Part shown: positions 48,935 to 60,086 of the stretch, piece after piece
How positions within the stretch are numbered: position 1 is the first letter of the stretch
How the letters are laid out: every line of letters starts with the position of its first letter
Assembly (NCBI GenBank): GCA_900617105.1
Contig: UYFQ01000005.1
Location: forward strand, 310,001-374,000
Reading direction: 5' to 3'
Length of the DNA stretch: 64,000 nucleotides
Source of the DNA: Hydrurus foetidus
Lineage: Eukaryota
The notes under the pieces: model-generated
Seen by the model: only the letters and a program-made list of their open reading frames with translations
The model's database searches: none
What the model was told of the DNA's origin: nothing
Made by a program: the position numbers and the translations under genes

Positions 48935-49660
48935 CTATTCACCCAAGTACGCGGCCCGCACTTTCGGGTCGTTCAACAGGTCTTTGCCCTTGCCCGTCAT
49001 GGTGATGAGGCCCGATTCCATCACATAGCCCCGGTCAGCCACGGCCAGCGCACGGCTGGCGTTTTGCTCGACCAGCAAAATCGTCACGCCTTGGGCGTAC
49101 ACATCGCGCACGACTTCAAAGATTTTGTCCACCATGATGGGTGACAGACCCATGGATGGCTCATCGAGCAGCAACACTTTGGGCTGACTCATCAGCGCAC
49201 GGCCCATCGCGAGCATTTGCTGCTCGCCACCGGACATAGTGCCAGCCAACTGGTCGCGGCGCTCTTTCAAGCGGGGGAACAGGGCGAACATCTTGTCGAT
49301 ATCGCGAGCAATACCGGCTTTGTCATCACGGATGTACGCGCCCATTTGCAGGTTTTCGGTGATGGTCATGCGGGCGAAAACGCCACGCCCTTCCGGCACC
49401 ATCACCAAGCCGTCTTTGACCAAATCCCAAGCGCCTTTGCCTTTGATGCTTTTGCCCAGGTATTCGATGTCGCCTTCTTTGAACGGCAGCCCACCTGTCA
49501 CGGCTTTCATGGTGGTGGTTTTGCCCGCACCGTTGGAGCCAATGAGCGAGATCAACTCGCCTTCGTTGACTTCAAAATCCACGCCTTTGACGGCTTGGAT
49601 GCCGCCGTAGCCGACCTTCAAACTGCTGACTTTGAGCAGTGTCTTTTTGGCGTTGCTCAT
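48935..49660 (-). CDS. livF: Branched-chain amino acid ABC transporter ATPase
   Basis: GSNGAGKTT, MSGGEQQM, LLDEPSMGL, VEQN. Confidence 0.92.
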   Translation of the reverse strand: MSNAKKTLLKVSSLKVGYGGIQAVKGVDFEVNEGELISLIGSNGAGKTTTMKAVTGGLPFKEGDIEYLGKSIKGKGAWDLVKDGLVMVPEGRGVFARMTITENLQMGAYIRDDKAGIARDIDKMFALFPRLKERRDQLAGTMSGGEQQMLAMGRALMSQPKVLLLDEPSMGLSPIMVDKIFEVVRDVYAQGVTILLVEQNASRALAVADRGYVMESGLITMTGKGKDLLNDPKVRAAYLGE

Positions 49661-49661
49661 G

Positions 49662-50432
49662 TCAATGTCCTCCGGTGCCTAGATAGGCTTCGATCACTTT
49701 TTCATTCTTTTGCACGACGGCAGGGGTGCCTTCGGCGATTTGTTTGCCGTAGTCCAGCACTGTCACGCGGTCACACAGGCCCATGATGAGCTTCACGTCA
49801 TGCTCAATGATGAGGATGGTGCGGTTGTCTTTGCGGATGCGGTCAATCAGCTCACGCAGCTGCACTTTTTCCGTCGCATTCATACCTGCGGCGGGCTCGT
49901 CCAGGGCGATCAACTGCGGGTCGGTGGCGAGCGCACGGGCGATCTCCAAGCGGCGCTGGTCGCCGTAGCTCAAGGTGCGGGATTTGTGGTTAGCGTATTT
50001 ACCCACGCCCACGTAGTCCAGCAGCTCTTGCGCACGCTTGGCAATGGCAGCTTCTTCAGACTTGAAACTACCGGTGCGGAAAATCGCCCCCAGCAACCCC
50101 GAGTTCGTCCGAATATGGCGGCCCACCATCACGTTCTCTAGCGCGGTCATCTCACCAAACAGGCGGATGTTTTGGAAGGTACGGGCGATACCCGCCTTGG
50201 CGACTTCATGCACCGCCGTGGGCTGGTAGGGCTTGCCTGCCAGCTCAAACGTGCCGCTGTCGGGAGTGTAGAGGCCGGTGATGACGTTGAAAAACGTCGT
50301 CTTGCCTGCGCCATTGGGGCCAATCAAACCGTAGACCTGACCCCGCTCAATGGTGATACCCACATCGCTCAGCGCTTGCAGGCCGCCAAAGCGCTTGGAG
50401 ATACCGGCTACTTTCAGAATAGTTTCAGCCAT
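49662..50432 (-). CDS. livG: Branched-chain amino acid ABC transporter ATPase
   Basis: GPNGAGKTT, RTFQNIRLF, LSYGDQRRLE, DEPAAG. Confidence 0.92.
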   Translation of the reverse strand: MAETILKVAGISKRFGGLQALSDVGITIERGQVYGLIGPNGAGKTTFFNVITGLYTPDSGTFELAGKPYQPTAVHEVAKAGIARTFQNIRLFGEMTALENVMVGRHIRTNSGLLGAIFRTGSFKSEEAAIAKRAQELLDYVGVGKYANHKSRTLSYGDQRRLEIARALATDPQLIALDEPAAGMNATEKVQLRELIDRIRKDNRTILIIEHDVKLIMGLCDRVTVLDYGKQIAEGTPAVVQKNEKVIEAYLGTGGH

Positions 50433-50444
50433 GTCGTCTCCTTG

Positions 50445-51521
50445 TTAGCTCTTGGTGTTGGTTTGGCCGTGGTCTGGCGAAGGCCACAGACCACGGGGGC
50501 GCATCAACATGATGGTAATCATGGCCAGCGCAATCAGCAGTTGACGCAAAATAGCTGCATCCAAGCGGCCACCCGTCATGGCTTGCAGAGGGCCTGCTAC
50601 GTGGCGCAGCACTTCGGGCAAAGCCGACAGCAGCACAGCGCCCAAAATCACACCCGGCAAGTGCCCAATACCGCCCAGCACCACCATCGCAATGATCATC
50701 ACCGACTCCATCAAACTGAAGGACTCGGGTGACACAAAGCCTTGAAACGCGGCAAACATCGCACCTGAGACACCACCGAAGGTAGCGCCCATGCCAAAAG
50801 CCAATAATTTCAAATTGCGGGTATTGATACCCATGGCCTTAGCTGCAATTTCGTCTTCGCGGATGGCCATCCAAGCGCGGCCGATGCGTGACAATTCCAG
50901 GCGATGGCAGATCACAATGCTGCCCAGCACCAAGGCCAAGAAGAGGTAGTAGTACAGGCTGACCGACGCAATGGTGTAGTCGCCAATCTCCAGGGGTTTA
51001 CCCAAATCCAACCCAAAGAATTTGATCGAATCAATTTGGTTCAACCCTTTGGGGCCGTTGGTGATGTTGACGGGTTGATCCAGGTTGTTCATGAACACCC
51101 GGATGATTTCGCCAAAACCCAACGTGACGATAGCAAGGTAGTCGCCCCGCAATTTAAGCGTAGGCGCGCCCAGCAGCACGCCAAAAGCGCCAGCCAACAG
51201 CGCACCCAGCGGCACAGCAATCAGCAGCGGCGTGTGCAGGCCATTGGGAAACATGGCTGCAATCGCAGGGAAAGTTTCCGTCAAATGAGGCGATGCCAAG
51301 AGCGCGTACATATACGCACCCACGGCAAAGAAGGCGACGTAGCCCAAGTCCAGCAGACCGGCGAAGCCCACCACGATGTTGAGGCCCAAGGCCAGTAGCA
51401 CGTACAGCAAGGCCATGTCAGCAATGCGCACCCAGGCGTTGCCGCCCATTTGCAGCAGCAAGGGCAAGATAAGCAATGCGACGGCACCCGCCATGTACAC
51501 CGCTGTTTTGTTTTGTTTCAT
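50445..51521 (-). CDS. livM: Branched-chain amino acid ABC transporter permease
   Basis: GLNIVVGFAGLLDLGYVAF, LRGDYLAIVTLGFGEI. Confidence 0.92.
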   Translation of the reverse strand: MKQNKTAVYMAGAVALLILPLLLQMGGNAWVRIADMALLYVLLALGLNIVVGFAGLLDLGYVAFFAVGAYMYALLASPHLTETFPAIAAMFPNGLHTPLLIAVPLGALLAGAFGVLLGAPTLKLRGDYLAIVTLGFGEIIRVFMNNLDQPVNITNGPKGLNQIDSIKFFGLDLGKPLEIGDYTIASVSLYYYLFLALVLGSIVICHRLELSRIGRAWMAIREDEIAAKAMGINTRNLKLLAFGMGATFGGVSGAMFAAFQGFVSPESFSLMESVMIIAMVVLGGIGHLPGVILGAVLLSALPEVLRHVAGPLQAMTGGRLDAAILRQLLIALAMITIMLMRPRGLWPSPDHGQTNTKS

Positions 51522-51567
51522 AAACACCTCTTAAATTGGGGCTGTGGGAATAGAGGGCTTGAGTGCG

Positions 51568-52497
51568 TTATGCACGGTCTGCCACGCGCTCACCCAGCAA
51601 GCCAGAAGGCCGCAACGTCAGCATGATGATGAGCACCACGAAAGCAAAAATATCAGAGTACTGGCTGCCCAAAACTCCGCCTGTGAGCTGGCCAATGTAC
51701 CCAGCCCCTATCGATTCGATCAGCCCCAGCAAAATGCCGCCGACCACCGCACCGGCCAAGTTGCCGATACCGCCAAACACCGCTGCAGTGAAGGCCTTCA
51801 GGCCAGGCAAAAAGCCCATCGTGTGCTGCACCGTGCCGTAGTTAGCGGCCCACATGATGCCGGCAATAGCCGCCAAAATCGCACCAATAATGAAGGTTGC
51901 CGAGATCACCATGTCTGGCTTGACACCCATCAAACCGGCCACGCGGGGGTTCTCTGCCGTGGCCCGCATAGCGCGGCCCAGCTTGGTGTAGTTCACCAAA
52001 TACATCAGCGTAGCGAGCGACACGGCGGTCAGCCCCAAGATCAGTATCTGCGTGGCAGTGATGGATGCCCCAGCCAAGTTGTACGGCGCGCTGGGCAACA
52101 GCGAGGGGAACGACTTGTAGTTGGGCTTCCAGATAATCATGGCCAGCGTTTGCAGCAAGATGGACATGCCGATAGCGGTGATGAGAGGCGCCAGCTTGGG
52201 GCTGTTGCGCAAGGGCCGGTAAGCCACTTTTTCGATCACAAAGTTCAAAGCGGCGGCGACCACGCAGGCGATCACCATCGAGATGAACAAGACCACCCAG
52301 CCCGGCGTACCGGGCATAGCGTCCTTCATCAAACCGATGATCGACCAGCTGGTCAGCGCCCCCACCATCAGCACTTCGCCATGCGCGAAGTTAATCAAGC
52401 CGATGATGCCGTACACCATGGTATAGCCCAAGGCCACCAGTGCATACATGCTGCCCAGCACCAGACCGTTGATGATCTGCTGTAGCAAAATTTCCAT
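51568..52497 (-). CDS. livH: Branched-chain amino acid ABC transporter permease
   Basis: QQIINGLVLGSMYALVALGYTMVYG..NFAHG. Confidence 0.92.
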   Translation of the reverse strand: MEILLQQIINGLVLGSMYALVALGYTMVYGIIGLINFAHGEVLMVGALTSWSIIGLMKDAMPGTPGWVVLFISMVIACVVAAALNFVIEKVAYRPLRNSPKLAPLITAIGMSILLQTLAMIIWKPNYKSFPSLLPSAPYNLAGASITATQILILGLTAVSLATLMYLVNYTKLGRAMRATAENPRVAGLMGVKPDMVISATFIIGAILAAIAGIMWAANYGTVQHTMGFLPGLKAFTAAVFGGIGNLAGAVVGGILLGLIESIGAGYIGQLTGGVLGSQYSDIFAFVVLIIMLTLRPSGLLGERVADRA

Positions 52498-52842
52498 AGA
52501 GTTCTCCGTTATGCGGCTGGCATCGCTGGCCGCATGGTTGATGCACGTTTTCAGTTGATTGCTCAAACCCACCATCAGCCGAATGCGGGACGCACAGGCT
52601 TTGTGCTGGGCAGACAGTCTTTTGAGCGACAGATGCAGTTAAGCAATTTGCTCGCCAAGGTATCTGACAGCGCTGACAAGGGGGTGAAGGCTCAACAGTG
52701 GACGGGATTTTAGCCATGCAAGGCACCAACATTGGGCGTAAAAGAGGCACGTTTGACCCGTGTTTACCCTGCGGGGAAAATACCCCGATACAGGCAGTCA
52801 AAGCGCTTAAACATATTTTTCAGGGCATATCCCGCCCGCAAC

Positions 52843-54171
52843 CTACCCATTCGCCGACCCATTCAAGCGCCTCAGTTCACGCAAGCGTGCAGCGATTTGA
52901 CCCTCCATCCCACGCTCTACGGGTTGGTAAAAACGGGGGGTATCCATGCCCTCGGGCCAGTAGTGCTCGCCAGCGGCAAAGCCCCCTTCTTCGTCGTGCG
53001 CATAGCGGTAGTCACGACCATAGTCCAGCGACTTCATCAGTTTGGTGGGGGCATTGCGCAGGTGCAGAGGCACAGGTCGCGTACCGTCAGCCTTCACAAA
53101 CGCCTGCGCCGCTTTGAAGGCGGTGTAGACCGCGTTGGACTTGGGGGCCATCGCCAAAAACACCACGCACTGCGCCAGGGTCAGCTCACCCTCGGGTGAG
53201 CCCAGCCGCTCGTACACCTCGTTCGCGTCCAACGCCATGCGCAACGCACGCGGGTCGGCCAAACCGATGTCTTCGCTGGCCATGCGGATCAGGCGACGCG
53301 CCAGATAGCGCGGGTCAGCACCACCATCGAGCATCCGGGCAAACCAATACAGCGCGGCATCAGGGTCAGAGCCGCGCACGGATTTGTGCAGCGCTGAGAT
53401 GGTGTCGTAAAACTGCTCGCCGCCTTTGTCATAGCGGCGCATCCGCTCGCCCAGCACACGCAGCAGCCACGCATCGGTGATTTCGGCATGCTTTTCACTG
53501 GCCGCCGCCACGGCCAGCGTCTCCAAAGTGTTGAGCAAGCGCCGGGCATCACCATCAGCGTAGGCAATCAAACGGTCAATCGCTATGCTTTCAATAGCTG
53601 GTAGTGCAGATACAGCTTGCGCATGGGCAATAATTTGAGCCAAATCGTCGATGGACAACGGTTGCAGCACATACACCGCAGCACGCGACAGCAGTGCCGA
53701 ATTCACCTCAAATGACGGGTTCTCGGTGGTCGCGCCGATGAAAGTGAACAGGCCGCTCTCCACATGCGGCAAAAACGCATCTTGCTGGCTCTTGTTGAAC
53801 CGGTGAACCTCGTCCACAAACACCATCGTGCGCCGTCCGGCTGCGCCTTGCAGCAGATCGCCTTGCGCCGATGCGGCTTGACCTTTGGCCAGCAGCGCCT
53901 GCTCCACCGCCTCACGAATCTCTTTGATCCCGCCTAGCACGGCAGAAATAGTGATGAACTGCGCGTCAAACGCATTCGCCATCAGCCGCGCAATCGTCGT
54001 CTTGCCCACCCCCGGTGGCCCCCAGAGGATGCAACTGTGCGGCTGCCCCGACTCGAACGCGATACGCAACGGCATACCAGGGCCCAGCAACTGCTGCTGG
54101 CCGATGACTTCGCCCAGGTTTTTGGGACGCAGACGCTCAGCGAGGGGTTGATTGTTATTGCCGAATGACAT
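52843..54171 (-). CDS. rarA: Replication-associated recombination protein A
   Basis: PLAERLRP, WGPPGVGKTT, DEVHRF, SALHKSVRGSD. Confidence 0.95.
   Translation of the reverse strand: MSFGNNNQPLAERLRPKNLGEVIGQQQLLGPGMPLRIAFESGQPHSCILWGPPGVGKTTIARLMANAFDAQFITISAVLGGIKEIREAVEQALLAKGQAASAQGDLLQGAAGRRTMVFVDEVHRFNKSQQDAFLPHVESGLFTFIGATTENPSFEVNSALLSRAAVYVLQPLSIDDLAQIIAHAQAVSALPAIESIAIDRLIAYADGDARRLLNTLETLAVAAASEKHAEITDAWLLRVLGERMRRYDKGGEQFYDTISALHKSVRGSDPDAALYWFARMLDGGADPRYLARRLIRMASEDIGLADPRALRMALDANEVYERLGSPEGELTLAQCVVFLAMAPKSNAVYTAFKAAQAFVKADGTRPVPLHLRNAPTKLMKSLDYGRDYRYAHDEEGGFAAGEHYWPEGMDTPRFYQPVERGMEGQIAARLRELRRLNGSANG
53582..53644 (+). repeat. Palindromic repeat copy inside rarA
   Basis: gctat-gctttca-atagc tggta gtgc N11 gcgc atgggc aataatttgagccaaa. 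Confidence 0.7.
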
Positions 54172-54811
54172 CCGCACCCGCCGGTGGTTTGAACTGGAAA
54201 CTATCAGCACCCAATGCCAAATTGGTCTGCACATGGGTAAAGCTCAGCACCGAGCGCTGGCCGAAGCTGTCTTGGATTTCTAATGCGGCCAAATCTGCAC
54301 CTTTGAAACCGACGCGGATGCTTTGCAGTTGGCCGTCTTTGGACTTGGGTGTTGCGAGCACCCATTGCAGACCGTCTTTCTCGGGCTCGGCCTGCAAGGT
54401 GAAATCGGCTTGCAGCGCTTTCAAATCAGGCGCAGAGGCGATGAGCGCGGCAGGGGTGGAACCGAGCACTGCCCCTTGCTTGCGGGTGGTGACTTGGTTC
54501 AAATCCACGTCGTACAGCCACAGGGTTTGGCCGTCAGCGACGATGAGCTGCTCGAACGGTTTTTTGTAGCTGAACTTGAAGCGGTTGGGACGCTGGAATT
54601 CAAAACTGCCGGTAGACGCGCGGGGTTTGGCGACTTGCCCCTCTTTGGGCGGCGAGGTGACGGTTTGGGTGAATTCGGCGCGGCCACTTTTGGCGGTTTT
54701 GACGAAAGTTTCAAGGCTTTCCAGGCCATCAGCGCAGGCCATATTTGCGTAGCCAGCTATCAAAAAAGTAGCGATGGCGGTGCGCGAGAAGCGAAAAAGA
54801 AATGTGTTCAT
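54155..54811 (-). CDS. lolA: Outer-membrane lipoprotein chaperone LolA
   Basis: FQRPNRF, QLIVADGQTLWLYDVDLNQVT, TPAAL; ftsK-lolA-rarA synteny. Confidence 0.95.
   Translation of the reverse strand: MNTFLFRFSRTAIATFLIAGYANMACADGLESLETFVKTAKSGRAEFTQTVTSPPKEGQVAKPRASTGSFEFQRPNRFKFSYKKPFEQLIVADGQTLWLYDVDLNQVTTRKQGAVLGSTPAALIASAPDLKALQADFTLQAEPEKDGLQWVLATPKSKDGQLQSIRVGFKGADLAALEIQDSFGQRSVLSFTHVQTNLALGADSFQFKPPAGADVIRQ
54709..54772 (-). repeat. Palindromic repeat copy encoding part of the LolA signal peptide
   Basis: Minus strand: gctac-ttttttg-atagc tggct acgc N11 gcgc tgatggcc tggaaagccttgaaa. Confidence 0.75.
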
Positions 54812-54853
54812 GCGACCCTTAACGTGGCGAATGCGCCAAAAGGCGACCGGAGC

Positions 54854-57397
54854 TTACTCTGCGCGTGCGGGCACCAAAATATCGCGCTGTCCGCTGGTGC
54901 TCATGGCGCTGACCAATCCGGCCTTTTCCATGTCTTCCACCAAGCGGGCGGCGCGGTTGTAGCCGATCTTCAGGTGGCGCTGCACGAGGGAGATGCTAGC
55001 CTTGCGGTTCTTCAGGACGACTTCGACGGCTTGGTCGTACATGGGGTCTTTTTCACCACTGCTGTCACCATCGCCACCGGGTGCGCCGTCTTCACCATCG
55101 ACGGTGCCGCCTTCGAGCACGCCGTCGATGTAGTTCGGCTCGCCTTGTGATTTCAGGTAGCTCACTACACGGTGAACTTCTTCGTCGCTGACGAACGCCC
55201 CGTGAACACGAATCGGCAAGCCGGTGCCGCTGGGCATGTAGAGCATGTCACCCATGCCGAGCAGGGCTTCCGCTCCCATTTGATCGAGGATGGTGCGGCT
55301 GTCGATTTTGCTGCTGACTTGGAAGGCAATACGCGTGGGAATGTTGGCCTTGATAAGACCCGTAATCACGTCCACACTGGGGCGCTGGGTGGCCAAAATC
55401 AGGTGGATACCGGCGGCACGGGCTTTTTGGGCAAGGCGGGCGATCAACTCTTCGATCTTTTTGCCCACCACCATCATCAAATCGGCAAGCTCGTCGATCA
55501 CCACCACGATGTGGGGCAGACGGTCTAGCGGTTCAGGGGATTCAGGGGTCAACGAGAAGGGGTTGTAGATAAACTCTTCGCGGGCAGTGGCGTCATCAAT
55601 TTTGGTGTTGTAGCCGGCCAAGTTGCGCACACCCATTTTGCTGAGCAGCTTGTAGCGGCGCTCCATCTCGGCCACGCACCAGTTCAGACCGTGGGCGGCT
55701 TGCTTCATGTCCGTGACAACGGGGGCCAGCAGATGCGGGATGCCTTCGTAAACTGACATTTCGAGCATTTTGGGGTCGATCATCAGCAGGCGAACATCAC
55801 GGGCTTCAGCTTTGTAGAGCAAGCTCAAAATCATCGCGTTGATACCGACAGATTTGCCTGAGCCGGTGGTGCCTGCCACCAAACAGTGTGGCATTTTGGC
55901 CAAATCGGCCACGATAGGATTGCCGATGATGTCTTTGCCCATGCCCATCGTGAGCATGGATTTGGCTTCGTTGTACACCTTGGAGCCTAAAATTTCGCTC
56001 AAACGTATAGTCTGGCGGCGAGCGTTGGGCAGCTCCAGTGCCATGTAGTTTTTACCAGGAATGGTCTCGACCACGCGGATGGAGACCAAGCTGAGCGAGC
56101 GCGCAAGATCTTTGGCCAAACCTACAATTTGCGAGCCTTTAACACCGGTAGCTGGTTCAATCTCATAGCGGGTAATGACCGGGCCAGGAGAAGCCAGCAC
56201 CACGCGCACAACCACGCCGAAATCTTTGAGTTTTTTCTCAATCAGACGGCTGGTCATTTCCAGAATGTCGGGCGACACGGTTTCCTGGTGGGTCAACGCG
56301 GGGTCAAGCAAGCTGACCTGGGGCAGCGGGCTATCAGGCAGCTCGTTGAACAAGGGATTTTGCTTTTCTTTGACGATGCGTTCGCTTTGCGCAATGGGCG
56401 CCGCAGCGGGTTCGATAGGCACCGGGGCAAAGCGCGGGCGGGCAGGCATGGGAACAGGCACTGCAATCGGTGGCACAGGTAGCACCTCAGCAGCAACGTC
56501 ATCAGCCTCGATGAACACGGCATCCATCCCGTCCACTTCCCGTTGCGTACCAGGGGCATCCGCCGTGAACTCATCCGACGCATTGAGTCGGGGCTCAACC
56601 CTGGCTTTGCGCGGTGCGGGGGGCGCAGACACTGTCAATGTAGGCTGAGGCGGCGCAACGGGAGTTAAAAAATCACCTGCGCTGGGTTCGATGTCTTCAC
56701 GCGCGATCACCGCTTGCTTGCCGATCTCAACATCTTGCGCCTTTTCACGTTTGGCGCGGCTGGTGGCAATCAAACCACCCAGTACAGCACCTACGCGCTC
56801 GGCCAAATGCCCCCATGAAAAACGAAAAACCAGCGCAACACCCAGTATGCCCATGCTGATCCAGGCCAAACCTGAACCCGCGAAACCAAACCATTTGCTA
56901 CTGAGTGGCCCTAATACATAGCCAAGTACACCGCCAGCATGACCGGGCAAGCGAGCTTCAAATCGGTAGAGGCGGCTCCATTCCAACGCGCAACTGGCAC
57001 AGATCAAAAAAACCAGTCCAATGAAAAATACCACACGGCTTTGTTTCCAATCTGACGTGGCATCAGGCACGCTGCCCCGCATCCACCGGGCCAGCAGAGC
57101 GAGCCACAAGTGCAAACCAACGGCCAAAATCCACCACACAGAAAAGCCCAGCGAAAAGTAGCTGAGGTCAGCGACCCACGCGCCTAAACGACCACACCAG
57201 TTGCGCAGCGTACTGCCATCACCAGAACTCGTCCAAGCGGTGTCCTGTGCCGAATAACTGCCCATAGCCATGAGCCAAAAAGTGAACACAAAAAACCCAG
57301 TCACCAGCATGGCTTCGCGCATGAAACGGCGAAACCCCAACTGTTGCGGAGTCTGCGTACCGTTGGGCATGTTCAGGGTATTTAGAGAATAGGTCAT
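54854..57397 (-). CDS. ftsK: DNA translocase FtsK
   Basis: N-terminal TMs, [22 protein letters not shown], gamma domain. Confidence 0.97.
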   Translation of the reverse strand: MTYSLNTLNMPNGTQTPQQLGFRRFMREAMLVTGFFVFTFWLMAMGSYSAQDTAWTSSGDGSTLRNWCGRLGAWVADLSYFSLGFSVWWILAVGLHLWLALLARWMRGSVPDATSDWKQSRVVFFIGLVFLICASCALEWSRLYRFEARLPGHAGGVLGYVLGPLSSKWFGFAGSGLAWISMGILGVALVFRFSWGHLAERVGAVLGGLIATSRAKREKAQDVEIGKQAVIAREDIEPSAGDFLTPVAPPQPTLTVSAPPAPRKARVEPRLNASDEFTADAPGTQREVDGMDAVFIEADDVAAEVLPVPPIAVPVPMPARPRFAPVPIEPAAAPIAQSERIVKEKQNPLFNELPDSPLPQVSLLDPALTHQETVSPDILEMTSRLIEKKLKDFGVVVRVVLASPGPVITRYEIEPATGVKGSQIVGLAKDLARSLSLVSIRVVETIPGKNYMALELPNARRQTIRLSEILGSKVYNEAKSMLTMGMGKDIIGNPIVADLAKMPHCLVAGTTGSGKSVGINAMILSLLYKAEARDVRLLMIDPKMLEMSVYEGIPHLLAPVVTDMKQAAHGLNWCVAEMERRYKLLSKMGVRNLAGYNTKIDDATAREEFIYNPFSLTPESPEPLDRLPHIVVVIDELADLMMVVGKKIEELIARLAQKARAAGIHLILATQRPSVDVITGLIKANIPTRIAFQVSSKIDSRTILDQMGAEALLGMGDMLYMPSGTGLPIRVHGAFVSDEEVHRVVSYLKSQGEPNYIDGVLEGGTVDGEDGAPGGDGDSSGEKDPMYDQAVEVVLKNRKASISLVQRHLKIGYNRAARLVEDMEKAGLVSAMSTSGQRDILVPARAE

Positions 57398-57501
57398 GGG
57401 CTCAGCAAAAATAGCACGAGGCTTAAGCTTAACCAATAAAACCACTCTACCAACCCTTCAAGCACCGAATGGACTGTGGTTTTTTCCAGCTCTATGCGGA
57501 A

Positions 57502-58176
57502 TTAGGCGGTGACGGCTAGGCGGTCTTTGATCTGAATCGCCCCGTGCTCCAGCGTCTGGATAAAACCGCGCTCTTCCAAGTCTTTCATGACCCGGCTAAC
57601 CATCTCGCGCGACGCACCAACCATTTTGGCGATATCTTGACGTGAGATTTTTTCACGGATCAACAGTTCACCATTCATATCGGGGATAGCGGATTCAAGC
57701 AGTACACGGGCAACACGGCCATACACATCCATCAACGCCAGAGACTCGATGTTGCGGTCTGCGCGGCGCAAGCGCTGTGTGAGGCCACGCAGTATGGCGA
57801 AAGACACTGTGGAAGGGTCGGGCATGCATTTATTGAACTCAACACTGCTGAGTAACAGCACATCGGTTTGCACCTCGGCGCGTACCGACGCCGAATGGGG
57901 TTCATTGTCAATCAAACTCATTTCACCTATGTAATCGCCCTGGCTCATGGTGGCCAAGATGACTTCGCGGCCACGGGTGTGACTGGTCAGTACCCGCGCA
58001 CGACCTGAGAGCAAAACATACAGGGTGTTCGATTTTTTTCCCTGCTCCACAATCATTTCACCCCGCTTGTAGCGACGCTTCACCACAGCGTTCGCCATCG
58101 ACTCGGCGTGTTGATCAGTGAGCGCCGAAAACAACGGCACTCGGCGAATCAAATCCAAATTGGAAACCATTGTCAC
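57502..58176 (-). CDS. Crp/Fnr family transcriptional regulator
   Basis: cNMP-binding GEMSL..SAS; HTH SRQDIAKMVGASREMVSR. Confidence 0.92.
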   Translation of the reverse strand: MTMVSNLDLIRRVPLFSALTDQHAESMANAVVKRRYKRGEMIVEQGKKSNTLYVLLSGRARVLTSHTRGREVILATMSQGDYIGEMSLIDNEPHSASVRAEVQTDVLLLSSVEFNKCMPDPSTVSFAILRGLTQRLRRADRNIESLALMDVYGRVARVLLESAIPDMNGELLIREKISRQDIAKMVGASREMVSRVMKDLEERGFIQTLEHGAIQIKDRLAVTA

Positions 58177-58197
58177 TTTTAGTTCTCCCACAGCTGA

Positions 58198-59334
<1,137 letters not shown>

Positions 59335-59367
59335 AGCCGCAAAGCCAATTCAGCAGATAAATAAGTT

Positions 59368-59428
59368 TATAATCGTAGACTTTGCCAAAATTGGCTCATT
59401 TTCTGAATGAGTCGCCTATTTTGGCAAA
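59368..59428 (+). promoter_or_regulatory. -10 box and 5' hairpin of the rpmB-rpmG leader
   Basis: TATAAT at 59368-59373, then TTTGCCAAAAT/ATTTTGGCAAA stem at 59381-59428. Confidence 0.55.
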
Positions 59429-59556
59429 ACGGGTTTACCGCCACCCAAAATCAGGCGAGGTGAGGCTGGATTGCCCAGGCAAGCACCACGGTTTACACAA
59501 ACTGTGCGCGGTTGCCACCGGGCACCAGCCGTTTCAAACTTATCGGAGTGACCTTT

Positions 59557-59790
59557 ATGGCACGCGTATGTGAAGTCACGGGCAAAGGCCCTATGGTGGG
59601 CAACAATGTTTCCCACGCCAACAACAAAACCAAGCGTCGGTTCCTGCCGAACCTGCAAAGCCGCCGTTTCTGGGTGGAAGCAGAAAACCGCTTCATCCGC
59701 TTGCGCGTGTCCAACGCTGCTTTGCGCCTGATCGACAAGAATGGTATTGAATCCGTGCTCGCAGATTTGCGCGCTCGCGGTCAAGCCTAA
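59557..59790 (+). CDS. rpmB: 50S ribosomal protein L28
   Basis: [29 protein letters not shown]. Confidence 0.98.
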   Translation: MARVCEVTGKGPMVGNNVSHANNKTKRRFLPNLQSRRFWVEAENRFIRLRVSNAALRLIDKNGIESVLADLRARGQA

Positions 59791-59819
59791 TCCCACCAAC
59801 GTCACACAGGAGCACTCTC

Positions 59820-59990
59820 ATGGCGAGCAAAGGCGGACGCGAAAAAATCAAGCTGGAATCTACTGCAGGTACCGGCCATTTCTACACCACAAGCAAAAAC
59901 AAGAAAACCACTCCGGAAAAACTTCTGATGAAGAAGTTTGACCCGAAGGCGCGTAAGCATGTGGACTACAAGGAAATCAAACTGAAGTAA
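59820..59990 (+). CDS. rpmG: 50S ribosomal protein L33 (absent from the ORF track)
   Basis: Translated by hand: [56 protein letters not shown]. Confidence 0.97.
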   Translation: MASKGGREKIKLESTAGTGHFYTTSKNKKTTPEKLLMKKFDPKARKHVDYKEIKLK

Positions 59991-60004
59991 TTCAGCTTGA
60001 CCCC

Positions 60005-60038
60005 AAAAAAAAGCCGCTGAATTCAGCGGCTTTTTTTT
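60005..60038. terminator. Bidirectional terminator (perfect 34-bp palindrome)
   Basis: A8-GCCGCTG-AATT-CAGCGGC-T8. Confidence 0.9.
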
Positions 60039-60086
60039 GGCCTCACACCATGCGTTTAACACAGTGTGAGGAAATGACAAGGCAGA

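Noticed and set aside
50407..50423. gctac-N7-atagt at the livG start resembling the repeat head
   Set aside because: Downstream GCGC-N11-GCGC spacing is absent on both strands; ordinary LivG N terminus
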